From an uncultured Candidatus Binatia bacterium (GTDB lineage Bacteria > Desulfobacterota > Binatia > UBA9968 > CAXXLF01): a stretch of 64,000 nt of DNA. The position numbers and the translations under genes were made by a program. Location of the stretch: positions 1,760,001 through 1,824,000 of the forward strand of contig OZ244621.1 in the NCBI GenBank assembly GCA_965218425.1, given 5' to 3'. Shown here in pieces: positions 51,059 to 60,087 of this stretch (position 1 is its first letter; the number at the start of each line of letters is the position of its first letter). Below the pieces are notes generated by a model that saw only the letters and a program-made list of their open reading frames with translations, made no database searches and had not been told where the DNA came from.

Positions 51059-52142
51059 ACTGTATTTCGCATTCAGAGAGCTGCGCCGACTCTGGCCGCT
51101 CACAACTGAGACGATCCCAGCCGCCCCCTGGTCGTACCCTGCGGTTACCGCGGACGTTCCCACGGATACGCCCAGAGACAAAGTTAACCTGCCTCTTCAC
51201 ATCGCACTTTTCTGCGCCACCCTGGCAACCACCTCAATGGCTGGGGCATTCCAGTTGGGCGCCGATCCCCTGTCGAATCCAGCCTCCGTGGTCGCAGGCC
51301 TCCCCTTTGCGTGCACCCTAATGGCTATCCTGCTTTGTCACGAGATGGGGCATTACCTCGCGGCGCGCTCCCACGGCGTTCAAGCCAGCCTTCCCTATTT
51401 CATCCCGGGTCCACCTTTTCTGATTGGCACATTCGGCGCCTTCATCCGCATGCGGGCACCCACAGCCAACCGCCCGGTGCTTTTCGACGTGGGGGCTGCC
51501 GGACCATGGGCCGGTGTCGTCGTGGCCGTCCCAGCGGTGATCATAGGACTTCAATTCTCACAGGTGAGCACCACCATCCACACAGGGAGTGACCTTATCT
51601 TTGGTGATTCACTACTCTTCTCGTTGCTAACCCGGCTTAGCCTCGGTGTCTCAGTAAATCAGGTGACCATCGTGCCCCATCCCATTGCTCTGGCGGGATG
51701 GGTGGGTCTCTTTGTCACCTTTATCAACCTGCTGCCAGTGGGTCAGCTCGATGGCGGGCATATCAGCTATGCTCTTTTCGGTCGATATCAAAAATGGATA
51801 TCTCGATGCTTCCTTGTAGTGATACTCTTTTTAGGGTTCCAGGGTTGGTCCGGGTGGTTGATCTGGGCGGTCATGCTCTCATTTCTCGGGGTGGATCACC
51901 CTCCTACATGGGACCATTTCTCAGCTTTGGACCTGCGCCGCCGCGTGGGTGGATGGCTGACACTCCTATTGTTTGCAATCACTTTCATTCCGGTGCCTTT
52001 TACAGTGACGGAGCCTCTACCCCCCGGTGAGACCATAGCCGTCAGCTATCCCATGGTCCCAAGCCGAAAACCTTCCGATCCAGAGCCCTCGCGGAAACGA
52101 TTTCCCGACACGCTTCTGCGAGGCAAAGCTCTAGCCCTGTGA
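51048..52142 (+). CDS. Site-2 protease (peptidase M50)
   Basis: HEMGH, LPYFIP, GTFGA, AGP, NLLPVGQLDGGH. Confidence 0.92.
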   Translation: MDSKLYFAFRELRRLWPLTTETIPAAPWSYPAVTADVPTDTPRDKVNLPLHIALFCATLATTSMAGAFQLGADPLSNPASVVAGLPFACTLMAILLCHEMGHYLAARSHGVQASLPYFIPGPPFLIGTFGAFIRMRAPTANRPVLFDVGAAGPWAGVVVAVPAVIIGLQFSQVSTTIHTGSDLIFGDSLLFSLLTRLSLGVSVNQVTIVPHPIALAGWVGLFVTFINLLPVGQLDGGHISYALFGRYQKWISRCFLVVILFLGFQGWSGWLIWAVMLSFLGVDHPPTWDHFSALDLRRRVGGWLTLLLFAITFIPVPFTVTEPLPPGETIAVSYPMVPSRKPSDPEPSRKRFPDTLLRGKALAL

Positions 52143-52160
52143 ATATTGGAGAAAGATCCT

Positions 52161-52622
52161 ATGAATAATCGACTGACCTGGGATCAATACTTCATGACCA
52201 TTACCCAACAGGTGGCTGAACGCTCCACCTGCAATCGGGCAAAGGTGGGTGCCGTAATCGTGCGGGACCGCAACATCCTGGCTACGGGATACAATGGCGC
52301 GCCTGCCGGGATGCCCCACTGTACGGAAGCGGGGTGCCTCATATACGAATCCAAGACCCCCTATGGTGAGGTGGAGCAGAACTGCTTTCGCACCATCCAC
52401 GCTGAGATCAATGCCATCGCCCAAGCGGCGAAGAATGGGTCAAACATCAAAGACTCCTCCATTTACGTGACCCACACGCCGTGCATCCACTGCATCAAGG
52501 TCCTCGTCAATACCGGCATCAAGAACGTGTACTATGAGTCGCCCTACAAGGTTCATACACTAGAGGAGATCCTCCGAAACACCCGGGTCCACATGGAAAA
52601 GGTCCATCTGCCGGGAAAATGA
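52161..52622 (+). CDS. dCMP deaminase (ComEB-like)
   Basis: WDQYFM, RSTC, VGAVIV, GYNG, HAEINAI, PCIHC; start 52161 or 52146. Confidence 0.92.
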   Translation: MNNRLTWDQYFMTITQQVAERSTCNRAKVGAVIVRDRNILATGYNGAPAGMPHCTEAGCLIYESKTPYGEVEQNCFRTIHAEINAIAQAAKNGSNIKDSSIYVTHTPCIHCIKVLVNTGIKNVYYESPYKVHTLEEILRNTRVHMEKVHLPGK

Positions 52623-52706
52623 AGCTTTCACTGGATCAACCTCGGTCGGTCGAGCTTCCTTCGGATCATGCTCCCTCGACCAAAGGTATGGTTCGACAAG
52701 GGGAAT

Positions 52707-53035
52707 GTGGGCTTGGCGGCCTGCCTCTCAGCGGGAGCCGACCGGCCTCTACCTCGAGGCCCCGTCCTTTGACCTGACATGCCAAATTGGCAAGAGCTGC
52801 CAGTATCGGACGTCTCCCTATTCTTCGCGCCAGGCCCCCTTCGCCCGACAACCTAGATCAACGAGGGGAGCGAGGATGAAGGGCGTGGGCATCGAACGTT
52901 CAGCTTCAGATATTCACCGGTCTGTTGCCCACGGCCTGAAGACTCGATCCCCGAGGAGAAGGTAAGCTTTGGAATGTCGATTCACCGGTATTGGCGGGGG
53001 AGTGGACTGCTGGGCTCGGGGGCCCGTCCCTCAGC
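52707..53035 (+). repeat. Dispersed modular GC-rich repeat, copy 4 (apparently complete, direct terminal repeats)
   Basis: GGGCTTGGCGGCCTGCCTCTCAGC ... GGGCTCGGGGGCCCGTCCCTCAGC; shares 5' part with copies 2 and 3 and 3' module with copy 1. Confidence 0.9.
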
Positions 53036-53162
53036 AGAATAAGTGTTGAGTGTTCAGCGAGGGTTGCGAAGCGCATAGAGCACAACGCAAACAGAGGGCA
53101 GAAAGCGACGAGCAGAAATCAAATTCCTACACGTCTACCGCGCATTGCGCTGTGTTTCCCGC

Positions 53163-53236
53163 GATCCTCGATTTTCCATCCTCTCTCCTCGATCTTAATT
53201 CTTCTCCACTCAGCACTCGTTACTCATTGCTCACTT
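53163..53236. repeat. Degenerate heptamer-period repeats
   Basis: CTCAGCA CTCGTTA CTCATTG CTCACTT, matching the reverse complement of 30154-30181; GATCCTC GATTTTC CATCCTC TCTCCTC. Confidence 0.6.
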
Positions 53237-53327
53237 CGGGCCATGCCCCCTGCGCCCCAGTATTTTTTGAACGCAACTCTGGCCCACTTGTTATCCAGAG
53301 GAGCAGTGATCCACTACGGATGCGGAT

Positions 53328-53362
53328 AAAAAGGGCGGAGAATGCTCCCCGCCCTCGTTTTT
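53328..53362 (-). terminator. Rho-independent terminator after atpE
   Basis: AGGGCGGGG / CTCCGCCCT stem plus T-run on the minus strand. Confidence 0.75.
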
Positions 53363-53379
53363 GCCCGCTTTGCCAAGCC

Positions 53380-53706
53380 TTACAGCTTTGCCTGCAGTAA
53401 AAAGGCTATCAGCAAAGCATAAATGGCTAGCGCCTCGATAAAGGCCAATCCAAGCAGCAGCGGAGTAAACAGTTTATCCGCCGCATTCGGATTGCGCCCG
53501 ATGCTTTCCATCGCAGTCGCCGCCATCCGGCCCTGTCCTAGGGCAGCGCCAAAAGCAGCAATGGCTATGGCTAAACCTGCTCCTAGGGCAATGGCAGCCT
53601 TGGCCGTGGAGTCGGTTTGACCCGCGGCTTGCGCTGCCGCTGCCGTGGAACTCAAGTAAACGAGCCACAGACCAGCACCAACAAGTACCGATAGCAGTCT
53701 TTTCAT
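53380..53706 (-). CDS. atpE: ATP synthase F0 subunit c (with N-terminal extension)
   Basis: GAALGQG, RNP loop, FIEALAIY. Confidence 0.96.
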   Translation of the reverse strand: MKRLLSVLVGAGLWLVYLSSTAAAAQAAGQTDSTAKAAIALGAGLAIAIAAFGAALGQGRMAATAMESIGRNPNAADKLFTPLLLGLAFIEALAIYALLIAFLLQAKL

Positions 53707-53781
53707 CTCTTCCCTCCCTTCCAGCGGACCCGAGAGCGACCCTTCCTCTCTTCTCTCTTCCTCCCTGCTCTTTCCATCCGC

Positions 53782-54465
53782 TTAATGCTCATGGCTGACG
53801 GCCATGGCTACATATATTATGCTCAAGATAGTAAACACCGATGCTTGAATCACGGAAACCAGGGTTCCCAGCAGATAAAAGGTTACTGGAACCACCACCT
53901 TCGTCAAGTCGGTAAAGATCTCGATCACCAGGTGATCGCCGAACATGTTACCGAACAGACGAAGTCCCAGAGATACCGGACGCACCAAATGGGACACCAG
54001 TTCCAAGATAATAAAAAAGGGCGCGAGGAACAGCACCGGTCCCATAAACTGTCTGATATAACCAGCCCCGTGCTCCCTGATGCCAATCACGTTATAGGCC
54101 GCGAAGGAAACCAATCCCAGTCCCAGCGTGGTATTCAAATTGCTCGTGGGCGGGGAAAAGCCCGGTAGCAGGCCAGAAAGATTCGATAGCAGTATGAAAC
54201 AAAAAAAGCTCGCAAACATGGGGATGAATCTTCGTCCCTTTTTACCCACGATCCCATCGCTGAGCGTAATGATCAACGAGACCACCAGCTCTAATATATT
54301 CCTCAGGCTCAAACCCGCATCCGGGATTACCGGGTCTTTGGCGCGGGACAGGGCGAGTCTTGCCAAGGAACCAATCCCTATGAGCAAGGCGACCACTACA
54401 ATGCCAAAGAAGACATGTTGGGGTAAAAACGGAGCCAGGAGATTCCATGTGTACGGATGTTCCAC
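53782..54465 (-). CDS. atpB: ATP synthase F0 subunit a
   Basis: NL.GLLPG, PPTSNLN, ELVSH.VRPVSLGLRLFGNM, IQA.VFT.LS..Y. Confidence 0.96.
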   Translation of the reverse strand: MEHPYTWNLLAPFLPQHVFFGIVVVALLIGIGSLARLALSRAKDPVIPDAGLSLRNILELVVSLIITLSDGIVGKKGRRFIPMFASFFCFILLSNLSGLLPGFSPPTSNLNTTLGLGLVSFAAYNVIGIREHGAGYIRQFMGPVLFLAPFFIILELVSHLVRPVSLGLRLFGNMFGDHLVIEIFTDLTKVVVPVTFYLLGTLVSVIQASVFTILSIIYVAMAVSHEH

Positions 54466-54855
54466 TTATCTTGTTGCCTCCATCAAGTCTTTACGGTGCC
54501 TCAAGCCATGGGCAACCGCCGCCACCAGGAGACAGGAGATTCCCAGGGCAAACGACACGGCATCGAACTGAAACTTCAAGAAAAAAGCCGACAGCAAGCC
54601 TAAAAACAACAAAAGCTTAAGCGTCAGTAAAATAACACCGGACCGGATCCTGCCTTTTCCGGCAAAGGGGGTCAGGACGCTGCGAATCCCCAGGCCCAAC
54701 AACAAAAAGTTAACTCCCATGAAGAGCCCCCCCGCCAAAAGACTATAGGGCTCAACCATCCCCAGCGGTACCAGCGCAGCAAACAATACGAGAACCAGAG
54801 TTACCTGCCAGAGCACAACCTCGAATATTGGATAGTTCGCCGCTGACATTTTCAT
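54466..54855 (-). CDS. atpI: ATP synthase protein I
   Basis: Four-TM small protein with GG....NF..L, directly upstream of atpB. Confidence 0.75.
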   Translation of the reverse strand: MKMSAANYPIFEVVLWQVTLVLVLFAALVPLGMVEPYSLLAGGLFMGVNFLLLGLGIRSVLTPFAGKGRIRSGVILLTLKLLLFLGLLSAFFLKFQFDAVSFALGISCLLVAAVAHGLRHRKDLMEATR

Positions 54856-55109
54856 TTCTTACCACCCGAAAGCCGTTGCAGCATGAAAATCAACCGGACA
54901 AAAGCCCCCACTAGAGCGAATAACGTGATGGGCACGATAAACCAGGGGGATGTCTCGAAGAACCGGTCTAACACATAACCTAAAGCGAAACCGCCCAGGA
55001 TGGTACTGGGAAACTCCAAACCAATGGCGGCATACTTGCTAAAATTGACAAAGGCAGGAGTATTATCCTCTGGGCCACTCGGGGGGTGGCCATTCCCACG
55101 CTGGCTCAC
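54852..55109 (-). CDS. AtpZ/AtpI family protein
   Basis: IGLEF....LGG..LGY.LDR.F.TSPW. Confidence 0.85.
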   Translation of the reverse strand: MSQRGNGHPPSGPEDNTPAFVNFSKYAAIGLEFPSTILGGFALGYVLDRFFETSPWFIVPITLFALVGAFVRLIFMLQRLSGGKK

Positions 55110-55143
55110 TCCGTATCTTCATTAGCATCGGTCTCATGTGGGG

Positions 55144-56436
55144 TCAACCCTTTCTCTCCGACCGCGCCCAGTCCTCAAATCTCCGAAGGGTTTTTGCAAC
55201 GTCGGCAGCACTATGAGCCAGGGAGATAAATACAGCCTCGAAGGGAGACGGTGGCAGGTAGATGCCCCGTTTCAACATTCCATGAAAGAAACGGGCAAAC
55301 CGATCGCGATCACAGCCCCGCGCCTCTTCAGCATTGCCCACCCGGTCCACGCCGAAATATAGCGTCAACATGGACCCCACGCGATTCACCACGCCAGGCA
55401 CCTTGTACCGAGCCAAGACCCGCTCCATTTCCTGCTGGAGATGTCTCCCTCTCTCTTCGAGTTTTCCATACACTCCACGACTCCTAAGGACCCGTAACGT
55501 GGCGATACCTGCGGCTACGGCCAAGGGGTTTCCAGACAAGGTTCCAGCCTGGTAGACGGGACCTTCAGGAGCCAGAAGATTCATAATCTCCTGCTTTCCG
55601 CCAAAGGCCCCCAACGGCAGCCCCCCTCCCAAAACCTTCCCGAGACATGTCAGGTCTGGCGTAACACCGTAGAGGTCTTGTGCGCCCCCCGGAGAAACCC
55701 GGAATCCGGTTATCACTTCATCAAAGATCAATAGAGCCCCATGATCCCGGGTCGTTTTTCTTAGGGACTGCAAGAAATTTGGCGCGGGTGGGATGACCCC
55801 CATATTTCCGCATACCGGTTCGACGATAACGGCAGCGATGTTCTCTGAATGTTCGCGTAGCAAAGCCTCCACATGCTCTGGGCTGTTGTAGGGCGCTACG
55901 ACCGTTTCCTTGGCATAACTCTGCGGAACTCCCGGGCTGTCAGGTACCGACAAAGTGGCCAACCCGGACCCTGCCCTGGCGAGCATCCCGTCCGCATGGC
56001 CATGATAGCAACCGTCGAACTTCACTATCTTGTCGCGTTGGGTGTAGGCCCTCGCCAGACGAACCGCACTCATGATTGCTTCCGTTCCCGAGCTTACCAA
56101 CCGTAACTTCTCTACGGATGGCATTCGCTCATACACCATCTCGGCCAACACTACCTCGCCCTCCGTTGGTGCGCCGAAGGTGGTTCCCCTAGCTGCGGCT
56201 CGCTTCACGGCAGCTAGAATTCGTTGATCCGCATGACCGAGGATAAGCGGCCCCCAAGAGCCGAGATAATCAAGGTATTTCCTGCCCTCATGGTCCACCA
56301 GGGTAGCTCCCTTTCCCCGCTGTATTACTAGTGGTGTTCCGCCCACAGCTTTCCAGGAGCGCACAGGGCTGTTGACCCCGCCCGGGATCCTGTTATATGC
56401 ACGGGAAAGTATTTTGTCCGACTTACTTCTCGCCAT
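55144..56436 (-). CDS. hemL: Glutamate-1-semialdehyde 2,1-aminomutase
   Basis: PGGVNSPVR, SWGPLILGH, SSGTEA, GCYHGH, DEVITGFR, LGKVLGGG, YQAGTLSGNP. Confidence 0.98.
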   Translation of the reverse strand: MARSKSDKILSRAYNRIPGGVNSPVRSWKAVGGTPLVIQRGKGATLVDHEGRKYLDYLGSWGPLILGHADQRILAAVKRAAARGTTFGAPTEGEVVLAEMVYERMPSVEKLRLVSSGTEAIMSAVRLARAYTQRDKIVKFDGCYHGHADGMLARAGSGLATLSVPDSPGVPQSYAKETVVAPYNSPEHVEALLREHSENIAAVIVEPVCGNMGVIPPAPNFLQSLRKTTRDHGALLIFDEVITGFRVSPGGAQDLYGVTPDLTCLGKVLGGGLPLGAFGGKQEIMNLLAPEGPVYQAGTLSGNPLAVAAGIATLRVLRSRGVYGKLEERGRHLQQEMERVLARYKVPGVVNRVGSMLTLYFGVDRVGNAEEARGCDRDRFARFFHGMLKRGIYLPPSPFEAVFISLAHSAADVAKTLRRFEDWARSERKG

Positions 56437-56499
56437 AGACTAATGAGCCTCGTAGCATCAGATGAACGGGGTTTCAACAACTAAGGGATAAAAGTTCCC

Positions 56500-57040
56500 C
56501 TCCCTATCTTTTCCCTTGCAAAGACAAGTGAAAATGATTATGAAATGCTCCTCCAATCCTTTAACAAGAATTTGCTCAACATGTTGGACAAGAATTAAAT
56601 TCTTAATGCTGTTCTTTGTGATGTTGCCTTTGCCCAGCTTCTCATGGTCCTCGATTCCAGCGTATCAACATGTTCCTTACGACTATCTCTCATGGTTTCT
56701 CACACTGTGGAAGGGATCATTCCACCGTCATTCATGCCTTAAAAACCGTTGAGGAGAAAATCCAACAGGATCCGTACGTCCAAGCCACCGTAGATATACT
56801 CACTAAATCATTGAAACCCTAGCTGGGGATAACCTGTGACTGACGTTGGGAGTAACGTGGATAAAACCAGTATCATGGGCTATGATGACACTTAAAGTTT
56901 AGATAGAGCGTAAACCACCCTTTGAAACGCACAATGAAAATCATTATATTTCAGCACCTTGGGGTGTTTTCATCTGTTACCCACAGGACTTACAGTTACT
57001 ACTGATATATTTTAATTAAGAGAGAAGAATAAGGGCTGGT
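56500..57040. other. Candidate replication origin (oriC)
   Basis: ~630 bp AT-rich intergenic region before dnaN; DnaA-box-like TGGGGATAA 56824-56832, CGTGGATAA 56856-56864, TTACCCACA 56977-56985 (each 8/9), followed by TTACTACTG and an AT-rich tract. Confidence 0.7.
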
Positions 57041-57063
57041 TAATTGCGGAAGGAGTCCGAGCA

Positions 57064-58170
57064 ATGGAATTCAAGGCTAGACGAGAAGATTTTTTAAATG
57101 CGCTGTATTGGACCCAAAGTACGGTCGAACGCAGAACCACTATGCCCATTCTGGCAAATGTGTTGATCGAATTTCAAAAAGGAAACACGCGCGTCACGGC
57201 AACGGACTTGGAAGTAGGGGTCAGGGCAAAACTGGAGGGAGAAATTCTTCAAGAAGGTGCCATCACCATAAATGCAAAAAAACTCTATGAAATAGTTCGA
57301 GAATCCGGAGGGGACGCGATTCAGTTAAAACGTCTGGAAAATGACTGGGTGGAAATAAAAAGCGGAAAATCAATTTTCAAGATGGTGGGTTTGGATCCAA
57401 AGGATTTTCCCAGTTTTCCGGAATTCGGTGATGAACATTTATTTTCTGTTCCTGCAAAAGTTATGAAGGAGATGATCGATAAGACAATGTTTGCTGTATC
57501 CACTGACGAGACCCGCTCAAATCTCAATGGGGCGTTCCTGGAGGAGGGGGAAGGGGGAAAACTCAGGATGGTAGCTACGGATGGACATCGTCTAGCTCTC
57601 ATTGAAAGGGCCGTAGGAAGCCTTGGTTTGGCTAAGGGGGTAATTCTGCCCAGGAAGGGATTGGCTGAGCTGAAAAAACTCCTCGAAGAATCCGACGATG
57701 AAATGGCCCAATTTGGTTTTAAGGAGAACATAGCCTCAGTTCTGAAAGGTAATGTAGAACTCTTTATGCGTTTGTCGGAAACGGATTTCCCTGACTACGG
57801 CAAGGTAATACCTAAGGCAAATCCCTTCAATGCCAGGGTAGAACAGCGTGGGTTCCTACAAGCCCTCAAACGGGTTTCCATCCTGTCCAGTGAGCGGTAC
57901 AAGGGGATAAGGATAGAGGTGAAGCCGACAAATATGTCCATATCGGCAAATAACCCGGACTTGGGGGAGGCGGTGGAGGAGCTAGAGGCGGAGTATGAGG
58001 GAAAGACCCTGGCAGTGGGGTTTAACGCCCGCTACTTGATTGATGTTCTGAGCGTGCTGGGAGACGAGAGGGACGTGGGGATCGAAATGAAAGACGAATT
58101 GAGCCCGAGCCTGCTCAGGAAAGACGGGGATGACGGCTATATGTACGTGGTCATGCCCATGAAACTTTAG
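57064..58170 (+). CDS. dnaN: DNA polymerase III beta clamp
   Basis: TMPILAN, ATDLE, STDETR..LNG, VATDGHRL, FPDY, GFNARYL, VVMPM. Confidence 0.98.
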   Translation: MEFKARREDFLNALYWTQSTVERRTTMPILANVLIEFQKGNTRVTATDLEVGVRAKLEGEILQEGAITINAKKLYEIVRESGGDAIQLKRLENDWVEIKSGKSIFKMVGLDPKDFPSFPEFGDEHLFSVPAKVMKEMIDKTMFAVSTDETRSNLNGAFLEEGEGGKLRMVATDGHRLALIERAVGSLGLAKGVILPRKGLAELKKLLEESDDEMAQFGFKENIASVLKGNVELFMRLSETDFPDYGKVIPKANPFNARVEQRGFLQALKRVSILSSERYKGIRIEVKPTNMSISANNPDLGEAVEELEAEYEGKTLAVGFNARYLIDVLSVLGDERDVGIEMKDELSPSLLRKDGDDGYMYVVMPMKL

Positions 58171-58197
58171 GTGGCATCGGTATAGGAGACCACCCTG

Positions 58198-58701
58198 GTG
58201 GCTGTCCACGAACATAAAAAAAATGCCGCGCATGGTCTTGGTGTCATGGTGGTGACAGTAAGCGACACGCGGGATGAGCACACGGATCAAAGTGGTCAGT
58301 TAATAAAGGAAATGTTAGCGGAGGCAGGGCACAGGACCGTAGGGTATAGGATTGTCAAAGACGAGCCAAGAGGTATTGAAGGGCTCTTACGCGAGACTCT
58401 GGCAAGGAAAGACCTTGAGGTTATTATACTAAACGGTGGGACCGGGATAGCGCCGCGGGACGGCACCTATGAGGTGGTGAGTCGTCTCTTGCAAAAGCGA
58501 CTCGATGGATTTGGGGAGATCTTTCGTTATCTGAGTTTTCAAGACATTGGCTCGGCGGCAATCATGAGCCGTGCCTGTGCTGGCACTGCGGGAGATAAAG
58601 CCATGATTTCGTTGCCGGGTTCCACAGGCGCGGTACGACTTGCTATGGAACGGCTCATACTCCCCGAAATAGGTCATATGGTCTCACAGTTGCGAGGATA
58701 A
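58198..58701 (+). CDS. moaB: Molybdenum cofactor biosynthesis protein B (MoaB/MogA)
   Basis: TVSDTR...TD.SG, IVKDE, GGTGIAPRD.T, GFGE.FR.LS, SRA, LPGS. Confidence 0.92.
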   Translation: MAVHEHKKNAAHGLGVMVVTVSDTRDEHTDQSGQLIKEMLAEAGHRTVGYRIVKDEPRGIEGLLRETLARKDLEVIILNGGTGIAPRDGTYEVVSRLLQKRLDGFGEIFRYLSFQDIGSAAIMSRACAGTAGDKAMISLPGSTGAVRLAMERLILPEIGHMVSQLRG

Positions 58702-58946
58702 TGAAGGTAAAGGTTAGATTCTTTGCCGCTCTCAAGGACCGGGTAGGGACCGGTGAGATCACTAAAGAAGTGGCGGAAGACTGTACTGTGGGAAAACTGT
58801 GGGATGAGTTACAGAAGGACTATCCAAAACTTGCGCCAGTAAATATGAGATTGCTCTATGCCGTCAACAGAGACTACGTGAGTACAGATCATGCGCTTAA
58901 GGACATGGACGAGGTGGTTTTCGTGCCGCCTGTCAGTGGCGGTTAG
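58701..58946 (+). CDS. moaD: Molybdopterin synthase sulfur carrier subunit
   Basis: V.FFA.L, AVN..Y, C-terminal PPVSGG. Confidence 0.95.
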   Translation: MKVKVRFFAALKDRVGTGEITKEVAEDCTVGKLWDELQKDYPKLAPVNMRLLYAVNRDYVSTDHALKDMDEVVFVPPVSGG

Positions 58947-58949
58947 AAT

Positions 58950-59393
58950 ATGTATCGTGTGACGGAAAAAGCCCTCGAGCTCCAGGAGCTCATTGACTTT
59001 GTGGCCGATCCGGAGGCCGGGGCCGTAGCTACTTTTATTGGCACGGCGCGGAACCACAATGAAGGTCGAAAGGTCATCTCGCTGGATTACGAGGCCTATC
59101 CGGAAATGGCAGAGAAGGAATTGGCGCAATTGGGGCAGGAAGCACGGGAGCAATGGAAGCTTTGCCGGTTGGCCATCGTTCACCGAATCGGGCCGGTGCA
59201 AATAGGTGAGACAAGCGTCATGATCGCAGTGTCCGCCGCCCATCGACAGGACGCCTTTGCGGCTTGCCGCTTCGCCATTGAAGAGATCAAGAAAAGGGTG
59301 CCCATCTGGAAGAAAGAGGTATTTGAAGGCGGTGAAGTCTGGATTGGCACACAAAGCGGACAACCCTTTTCCGCCACTCAGGGAAAGGGATGA
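58950..59393 (+). CDS. moaE: Molybdopterin synthase catalytic subunit
   Basis: GA.ATF.G..RN, YEAY..MA, HRIG, AHR..AF, PIWKKE. Confidence 0.96.
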   Translation: MYRVTEKALELQELIDFVADPEAGAVATFIGTARNHNEGRKVISLDYEAYPEMAEKELAQLGQEAREQWKLCRLAIVHRIGPVQIGETSVMIAVSAAHRQDAFAACRFAIEEIKKRVPIWKKEVFEGGEVWIGTQSGQPFSATQGKG

Positions 59394-59415
59394 GACCGAA
59401 TTTATCCCAACCGGA

Positions 59416-60075
59416 CTAGGAAGAATTCCCCTCCTTGAGGACGCGTTTCCTCACACGTCCTCGTAACCAGATGATGAGGCCGATGAGCGCCAGTGCGATG
59501 AAGAGGGATACCAGTGTCTCCGTACGGTCGATGCCGTGGGCGAGCCGATGGTAGGTGTCCCCGAGCCCCCACCCTAGATAGGCCAGGAGCAGACACCTGG
59601 GGATGCTACCGTAAAGTGTCCACAGAATAAATGTCGCAGGGGACAGCCGCACGAACCCAGCGGCCGCTGAGATCAACGACAGAGGAAAGATGGGCAGCGC
59701 GCGGAGAAAAAAGATAGTTGCCCTGACCTGGTTGCCGCGCAGGCGATGTTGAAAGGCGTCCACCTCACGCCATTCAAGACCCAGGAAGCCTTTCCAACGC
59801 TCAACAAGAGGCTTGCCCCCCCAGAACCCAATGCCATAACCAACGAATGCCCCTAATGTGGAACCGACGGCCCCCGGTAAAACAATTACAAGGATGATGG
59901 GAGTTAAGGCCTCAACAAAGGTTAGCTGCGGATTGATCAGGATAAACGCAGCGCCCATGATCACAAGGGGTGATGGAATAGGGACGATGACCGACTCGAT
60001 CATGACCCCGGCGAAGACGCTCCAGGCGCCGTAGGTTCGTATGGACTCCATGATCCAGTCAACCATTTCTCCCAT
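59416..60075 (-). CDS. DedA family membrane protein
   Basis: ES...PIPS, G...G....Y.IG..GG, F.LR..P, S..AG. Confidence 0.88.
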   Translation of the reverse strand: MGEMVDWIMESIRTYGAWSVFAGVMIESVIVPIPSPLVIMGAAFILINPQLTFVEALTPIILVIVLPGAVGSTLGAFVGYGIGFWGGKPLVERWKGFLGLEWREVDAFQHRLRGNQVRATIFFLRALPIFPLSLISAAAGFVRLSPATFILWTLYGSIPRCLLLAYLGWGLGDTYHRLAHGIDRTETLVSLFIALALIGLIIWLRGRVRKRVLKEGNSS

Positions 60076-60087
60076 TAAGGACTCCCT

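Noticed and set aside
53380..53706. Na+-translocating ATP synthase
   Set aside because: Subunit c has E-A-L rather than E-S/T at the ion-binding site, consistent with H+ coupling
56516..56752. 78 aa ORF in the hemL-dnaN gap as a dnaA remnant
   Set aside because: No DnaA motifs; the region is better explained as origin DNA
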